Shown one piece after another: positions 57,938-64,000 of a DNA stretch of 64,000 nucleotides. The notes below the pieces were generated by a model, which worked only from the letters and a program-made list of their open reading frames with translations, was not told where the DNA came from and made no database searches. Numbering within the stretch: position 1 is the first letter of the stretch; each line of letters begins with the position of its first letter. This DNA comes from Octopus sinensis (lineage: Eukaryota), in assembly GCF_006345805.1 (NCBI RefSeq), contig NC_043002.1:20894001-20958000 (forward strand), given 5' to 3'. The translations under genes were made by a program, and so were the position numbers.

Positions 57938-58133
57938 ATATGTAATATATGTACGATGGGCTTCTTTCAGTTTTTCCGTCTACCAAAAATCCACTCACAA
58001 AGCTTTGGTCGGCCTGGTGCCATAGTAGAAGACACTTGTCCAAGGTGGCATATATATATTTTTTCAGAAGTCAAACACCTATAGTAATAAACGAATGAAC
58101 GCGTGTGTATGCTTGCACGTGTTTTTTTCTTTT

Positions 58134-58178
<45 letters not shown>

Positions 58179-58266
58179 TCAAACATACATATTCTTTACA
58201 CGTCTGTGTCTGTATATACATTCATGTATGGATACTTAGACACACAAACACACATACACGTGTGTG

Positions 58267-58309
<43 letters not shown>

Positions 58310-59032
58310 ATATATATGCGTATGCAGTACTTCAGGAATTAATGGTTGACTTTCTAAATTGCAATGTACAGTGTCCATTTATCTCTACATCTATCTATAT
58401 GTACAAACACACACAACTTATATGTAATATATTGTGATATAAACAGTAGAGATGCAGAATCTGCAGCAGCTACTAAGAAATAAATAAAGAAAGAAAAAAA
58501 AAGAAGAAAGAAGAAGAAAGAAGAAAGAAGAAGAAGAAAGAAGAAGAAAGAAGAAAGAAAGGAAGAAAGAAGGAAGTAAGGAAAGAAAGAAAGAAAGAAA
58601 GCAAGAAAGAAAGAAAGTGAGAGAGTGGGAAACAGAAAGAATCAGTTAACGGCGTTTATGCATTTATCTACATATATGTAACGAAGAACTTCCTAGATTC
58701 TTAACCAAGATTCGAAACCTAGCCTAGATTCTTCGGTCAGTCTCGTTCTTATTGTCCTCCCCTTTTTGCACTTAGAAATTTAAGAGAGTCGATTGTCACA
58801 GTTAAGTTCTTTTGTTTAAGTTAACATTCTTAGGGTAAAAACAGTTCGGGAGAGACAAACTCTTTACTTTCCATTGTTCTCCGTCCTACATCCAGTTTTA
58901 CAGCATATATAAATACAGTATTTAAATTCAGTTAGACTTCTTCTTCACTTGGTTGACCAACGAAGAGCATCCCGTTTTCTTCCTTCGCTAACAAGCTGTT
59001 AAAGAGGGAGCATATAACTTTCACCTTTTCTA

Positions 59033-59874
59033 TGAGGTCTGACCAATAAGTATCCGGACTGTTGCCATAGTAACAAAGCTAAAGCCGCTTGGCACAGATT
59101 GACCTTGTACACTTCTGTGCATGCGTACTAAGTTTTAATGCTCTAGCTTACTTCCACTGTTTACAGCGGTGCTTGGAGGGAAGGTGTGTAGCGTGTGATC
59201 GTCGCATTGACCATGACAGAGAAAGTTGTCATGATGATGCCTGCTTAGAGGTCTACGCAAAGTTGCAGAAAGTGTATGGAAAAGAGTGTATGAGCCGCAC
59301 ACAAGTGTATGAGTGGTTCACACGTTTCCAAGATGGCCGACAAAAATGTCGATATTGACAAACGTCTGGGAGACCCGCAACCAGAACTGAGAAAAACATC
59401 GCAAATATGCGTGCAACTGTGTGTGGGGGAGGAATCGTCGAATCATTATCCGTGAGTTATCAGACGATGTGCAGATTAGTTACGATTCAGTTCAGTCCAT
59501 TATCACAGAAGATTTGGATATGAAACGCGCGTCTGACAAGTTTGTACCAACACTGCTTTCAGTTGACTAATAAGACACTCTGGTTTCAGTTGCACAAGAT
59601 CTTGGTTGTGTTGAGAACGATGTAAACTTTTTGAGCAGGTATTACAAAGCTTTTGACAAAATTTTATGTAAATTTTCGGCTCAACTTTCTCTGTCATTGT
59701 CAATACGACGATCACACGCTACACACCTTCCTTCCAAGGAAATGAGCAAGAACCACCTTAAAACTTAGTGAGCATACACAGCAGAGTACAATATGTGTCA
59801 AGCGGCTTTACTTTGCATGCTTTAGCTTCGTTACTATGCAACAAACAGTCCGGATACTTACTGACCAGACCACG
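59033..59874. mobile_element. Mariner-like element made of two inverted left ends
   Basis: TIRs tgaggtctgaccaataagtatccggactgtt / rc cgtggtctggtcagtaagtatccggactgtt. Plus strand: HTH VYGKECMSRTQVYEWFTRFQDGR..IRELS..DLDMKR..KFVP. The minus strand again gives the 5' UTR and MTEKVEPKIYIKFC. Confidence 0.85.
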
Positions 59875-60821
59875 CATTTACTCTTTTACTCTTTTACTTG
59901 TTTCAGTCATTTGACTGTGGCCATTCTGGAGCACCACCTTTAGTCGAGCAAATCGACCCCAGGAGTTATTCTTTGTAAGCCTAGTACTTATTCTACCGGT
60001 CTCTTTTGCCGAATCGCTAAATTACGGGGACGTAAATATACCAGCATCGGTTGTCAAGCGATGTTGGGGTGGCACAAACACAAACACACAATTGGTTGGT
60101 TGAAATTGCCGAAATACGAGAAATTTAACAACAAATATCTTACAAACTACAGAATTTTCCCAATAAAGCCAAGAGAAAAAGATGTTTTATGTGACATTTT
60201 CTACCAGTATACGAAGTTTAAAAGTGTTTAGTTACAAAAGATTATTTTTAAAATCTGCCGGTCAAAGTGAAAAGATCCCACATACACACTCACACCACAC
60301 ACTCTCTCTTTCTCTATCACGTCCCCTATCTCTCTCGCTCCCTCTCTCTCACACAGACATACACGCATATTTACGTATATACTTCAGGTTTCTATTCAGT
60401 TTCCGTTTATCAAAATCCCGTCACACAAACCTCGTATAGGTCAACTCGATACTACAGGCTACCATGGAAGACACTTGTGTTCCAGGTTACCACGTAGTTG
60501 TTGGATCGAATCTGGAAAAAAGAATTGATTTTAAAATGTGTAAACCAGCTAAACAATTTGGTTGTACCCCTGTCTGTTGACATAGCTTTATTAATGAGTA
60601 AAATTAGATATTTTAAAAATTATTTATAACTTTTATTGAATGAGGTCAAGTATTTAGGCCAGTATATTTCTAACGATAAGTGAGGCTTCCTGAGATACAA
60701 CTGTTTTACTCTTCTTTACACGGGGGTCATTTAGATCAATAGCATGCCTGAAATAAGTAAAAATAAAAATGTTTTAGAAAAGAAATATGCAGCCGAATGT
60801 TAATATTTTTGTTGTTGTGAA

Positions 60822-61590
60822 GGCGGCGAGCTGGCACAAACGTTAGCACACCGGGTGAACAGCTTAGCGGTATTTCGTTTGCCGCTACGTTCTGAGTTCA
60901 AATACCGCCGAGGTCGACTTTACCGTTCATCCTTTCGGGGTCGATTAAATAAGTACTAGTTACGCACTGGGGTCGATATAATCGACTTAATCGCTTTTTT
61001 CTGTTCTTGTTTGTCTACTCTATGTTTAGCCCCTTGTGGGTAGTAAAGAAATAGGCATTTCGTCTGCCGCTACGTTCTGAGTTCAAATTCCACCGAGGTC
61101 GACTTTGCCTTTCATCCTTTCGGGGTCGATTAAATAAGTACTAGTCACGCACTGGGGTCGATATAATCGACTTAATCGCTTTTTTCTGTCCTTGTTTGTC
61201 CACTCTATGTTTAGCCCCTTGTGGGTAGTAAAGAAATAGGTATTTCGTCTGCCGCTACGTTCTGAGTTCAAATTCCACCGAGGTCGACTTTGCCTTTCAT
61301 CCTTTCGGGGTCGATTAAATAAGTACCAGTTACGCACTGGGGTCGATATAATTGACTTAATCCGTTTGTCTGTCCTTGTTTGTCCTCTGCGTGAAGCCCC
61401 TTGTGGGCAGTAAAGACATAGGCATTTTGTCTGTCTTTATGTTCTGAGTTCAAATTCCGTGAAGGTCGACTTTGCTTTTCATCCTTTTGGGGTCAATAAA
61501 TTAACTACCAGTTGCGTACTAGGGTCGATCTAATCAACTGGACACCTCCTACCAAATTTCGGACCTTGTGCCTAGAGTAGAGAAAAATAT
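60822..61590 (+). repeat. Tandem array of 4 Meta-like SINE units (185, 185, 182 bp plus a terminal unit)
   Basis: Unit starts at 60871, 61056, 61241 and 61423. The first unit has the full tRNA head; the last has a different 3' tail. Confidence 0.9.
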
Positions 61591-61686
61591 TATTGTTGTT
61601 GTTGGTAGTGGTGGCGCTAGTGGCGATGATGATGGTGGCAGCGGTCGTTCTAGCGGTGAATTAGTCCCAATTCAGCTCTTGGAATA

Positions 61687-61749
<63 letters not shown>

Positions 61750-61750
<1 letters not shown>

Positions 61751-62295
61751 CAGTACCAGGCAGTGGCTCTCATGGCTTCTGATCTTAACTGATTGGAAGT
61801 GTTATCATGTACATTGTTTTGTCTTGGTATAAAAGATGGGCTACAGCAAATATTCTGCTCAATACCACAGATTTGCTTGTCAGTTGTTTGACCGTAACCA
61901 GTTGAGCATGTCCCTTAGTGGCTGACGATATGTGCATCCCTGATCACGAGCAGAAATAGTGGGGGAGCATCATAGCCATGTGTTGAGAGGGATTCTTTGG
62001 GGTTTGAATAATTCACCTCTGGAAACATGGGTGGTTCTTTCAACATCCTTAAACAACCCTTATCCAGGGACCTTTTGAGCGGGATGGGCTACTCAACCTG
62101 AAGAAAATTCTAACTGGGCCCCACCTGCAAGGTCATGTGCTGTTTATCTTGATATGAGATCACAATGTCGCGCACATATGGTTGTGATGCATGTGCCTGG
62201 TGTACCTTTATCAGACGGGTAGTCATGATGGGTATATTGGGCTTCGTATATTTTACCCCAGTGTCACTTTGATGGCATGCACTGCTCTCTCACTC
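61750..62295 (-). mobile_element. ~550-bp interspersed repeat (probable LINE 3' end) embedded in (TAA)n
   Basis: Non-microsatellite block bounded on both sides by (TAA)n tracts. Insertion in TAA repeats is known for Dong-type elements; the family was not confirmed. Confidence 0.4.
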
Positions 62296-62699
62296 AATAA
62301 TAATAATAATCCTTTCTACTATAGCCACAAGGCCTGAAATTTTGGAGAGGGGACCAGTCGATTACATGTTTCTCTGGTGCTTAATTTATCGATGAAAGCT
62401 AAAGTCGACCTTAGCGGGTTTTGAACTCAGAAAGTGCAGACAGGTGAAGTACCGCAAAGTATTTCGTCCGGCGTGATAACGATTCTGCCATCTCACCGAC
62501 TTGACGACGACAACAACAACAATAATAATGGTTTCAAATTTTGCCACAGGGGCAGAAATTTTGGGGGAAGGGATGAGTCGATTACATCGACCCCCAGTAC
62601 TTGATTGGAACTTATTTTATTGAACCTGAAAGGATAAAAGGCAAAGTCGATCTCAGTGGAATTTGAACTCACAACGTAGCGAATGGTGAAATACCGCTA

Positions 62700-64000
62700 A
62701 GCATTTCGTCCATGATAATTTCTTTTATTTGCCACCAGGTTGAAAGATGAGGGGGACAATACAAAGACAGACATAAAGTATGGGGGTTTCCATATAATGG
62801 AATGATAAAAAAAAGAAAAGTATACACAGTATATATTAAAAGAAGGGAAGTATGCTTAGTATACGACATTAAGCAGAAGAGAAGAAAAAAGCGACAGTGA
62901 TGGGGTCCTCCTGATACAGGAGGACCTCTAAGGAAAATCGAGGAACCCCACCATCCAAGATCACCCTGAATACCAAAGACAAGTGCCCTCTCCAGCTTCT
63001 TTCCTCCGACTCAGAGGTCTACACTTAGAGCAATACCATCCACTCTTGCCATTTTCGCAACTTTCACCCACCTTTTGATAAATCCACACGAGGTCAGCAC
63101 CTCCCTTCCCTCCTTCACTTTCCGTTTCAAGTGAAACTTGAAAATGTCGATGGGGGGCTTTACCAAAGAGGAATGACTCTTTCCTCATTCCTTTCAGCCT
63201 CGTTCACCAGATTACCGTTTTCGCCACAGCCACCAGACAAAGGAAAACTGTCTTGCCTGCCCGATTAAAGAAGGGTGTAGGGGCATTCATAACTACGGGT
63301 TCGGCCGACAGACGGATCCATCCCTCAAGCGACAGCATCATTTCGACATAACTCCACAAGTCAGCAATGTCCGGACACTGAATGAATGCATCCAGAACAG
63401 TTTCGTCCCTCTGTGAGCACCTCAGACAAGCCGTCTGACAGCACATTCGTGCCTGTAGAGTTCATCTCGAACCGCAGCGTTCTGTGGTAGCAATGCCAGG
63501 CCAAAGACATATGGAAATTATCTGTAATAGTCCTCGACCGGAAGGTTCCCCCGGAACAGACTAGCCAGTTCGTTTTCGTCAACGCCCAGGGTCTCCCCGA
63601 GGACATCATCGCACTTCCCCGCTATTAATCCTTTGTATATAGCTAAAGCGGAAGATCCACCAATCTTATTTCTCGACTGGTGGAGGACAGTGAACGTCTG
63701 ACGACAGACTGGGTACCAGACACCCGGTCTCGGCCTATCCTTTACCCAGGACTGCAACTCCGTCAAGGAGAGACGTGCGGAAAGACGTGTCTCACAAACG
63801 GAGTCGACACACATTCACATTCTATAAATCGCTGCAGGTGGCGCAACCTGAGTACGTGTCTACGCGTCTAAAGACATGGCATGCCTAAGCCGCCACTCAG
63901 AGGGGGTTGGTAGCACAGTGACCGCCTGACCATTGGAAAGCGTCTCTTACAGAGCTTGAAGTTACCGTGTCTTCACACTATGGCGGCCATAACAACAACA
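62700..64000 (-). mobile_element. Tx1/L1-clade LINE ORF2 C-terminus and 3' UTR, degenerate
   Basis: Zinc knuckle CLRCSQRDETVLDAFIQCPDIADLW..LSAE..VFLCLVAVAKTVIW, same family as 54745-55320. The 3' UTR ends ccccctcatctttcaacctggtggcaaataaaagaaat. Confidence 0.75.

Noticed and set aside
60871-61423. Regular ~185-bp repeats resembling a CRISPR array or satellite
   Set aside because: Units are whole SINE bodies with no unique spacers, in a eukaryotic context with no cas genes.

Overview
AT-rich, microsatellite-saturated eukaryotic DNA. The SINE/LINE/Penelope landscape points to an octopod cephalopod (inference). One protein-coding gene can be assembled by hand on the minus strand: a matrix metalloproteinase (MMP/matrixin, M10A). 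It has 8 phase-compatible GT-AG exons from 48066 to 32005, plus a weaker ninth at 48613-48718. Domains are a cysteine switch (RRCGVPD), a catalytic domain (HEFGHSLGLMH, Met-turn SIMWP) and a four-blade hemopexin domain ending FLGCKS*. The striking feature is a single 4521-bp exon that places a ~1485-aa mucin-like linker, with a KRVKR convertase site, between the catalytic and hemopexin domains. The predicted protein is at least ~1900 aa. The S1' region is also unusual (two extra Cys, shortened loop). No signal-peptide exon was found. The rest is transposon debris: three or four tRNA-derived SINE families (some in tandem arrays), CRE-, R4/Dong- and Tx1-like LINE pieces, Tc1/mariner and Tigger-like elements, foldback elements, and many Penelope-like termini carrying minimal type I hammerhead ribozyme motifs, some as inverted pairs. 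Nearly all other ORFs in the track are microsatellite or antisense artefacts. There is a 100-N gap at 52778-52877.
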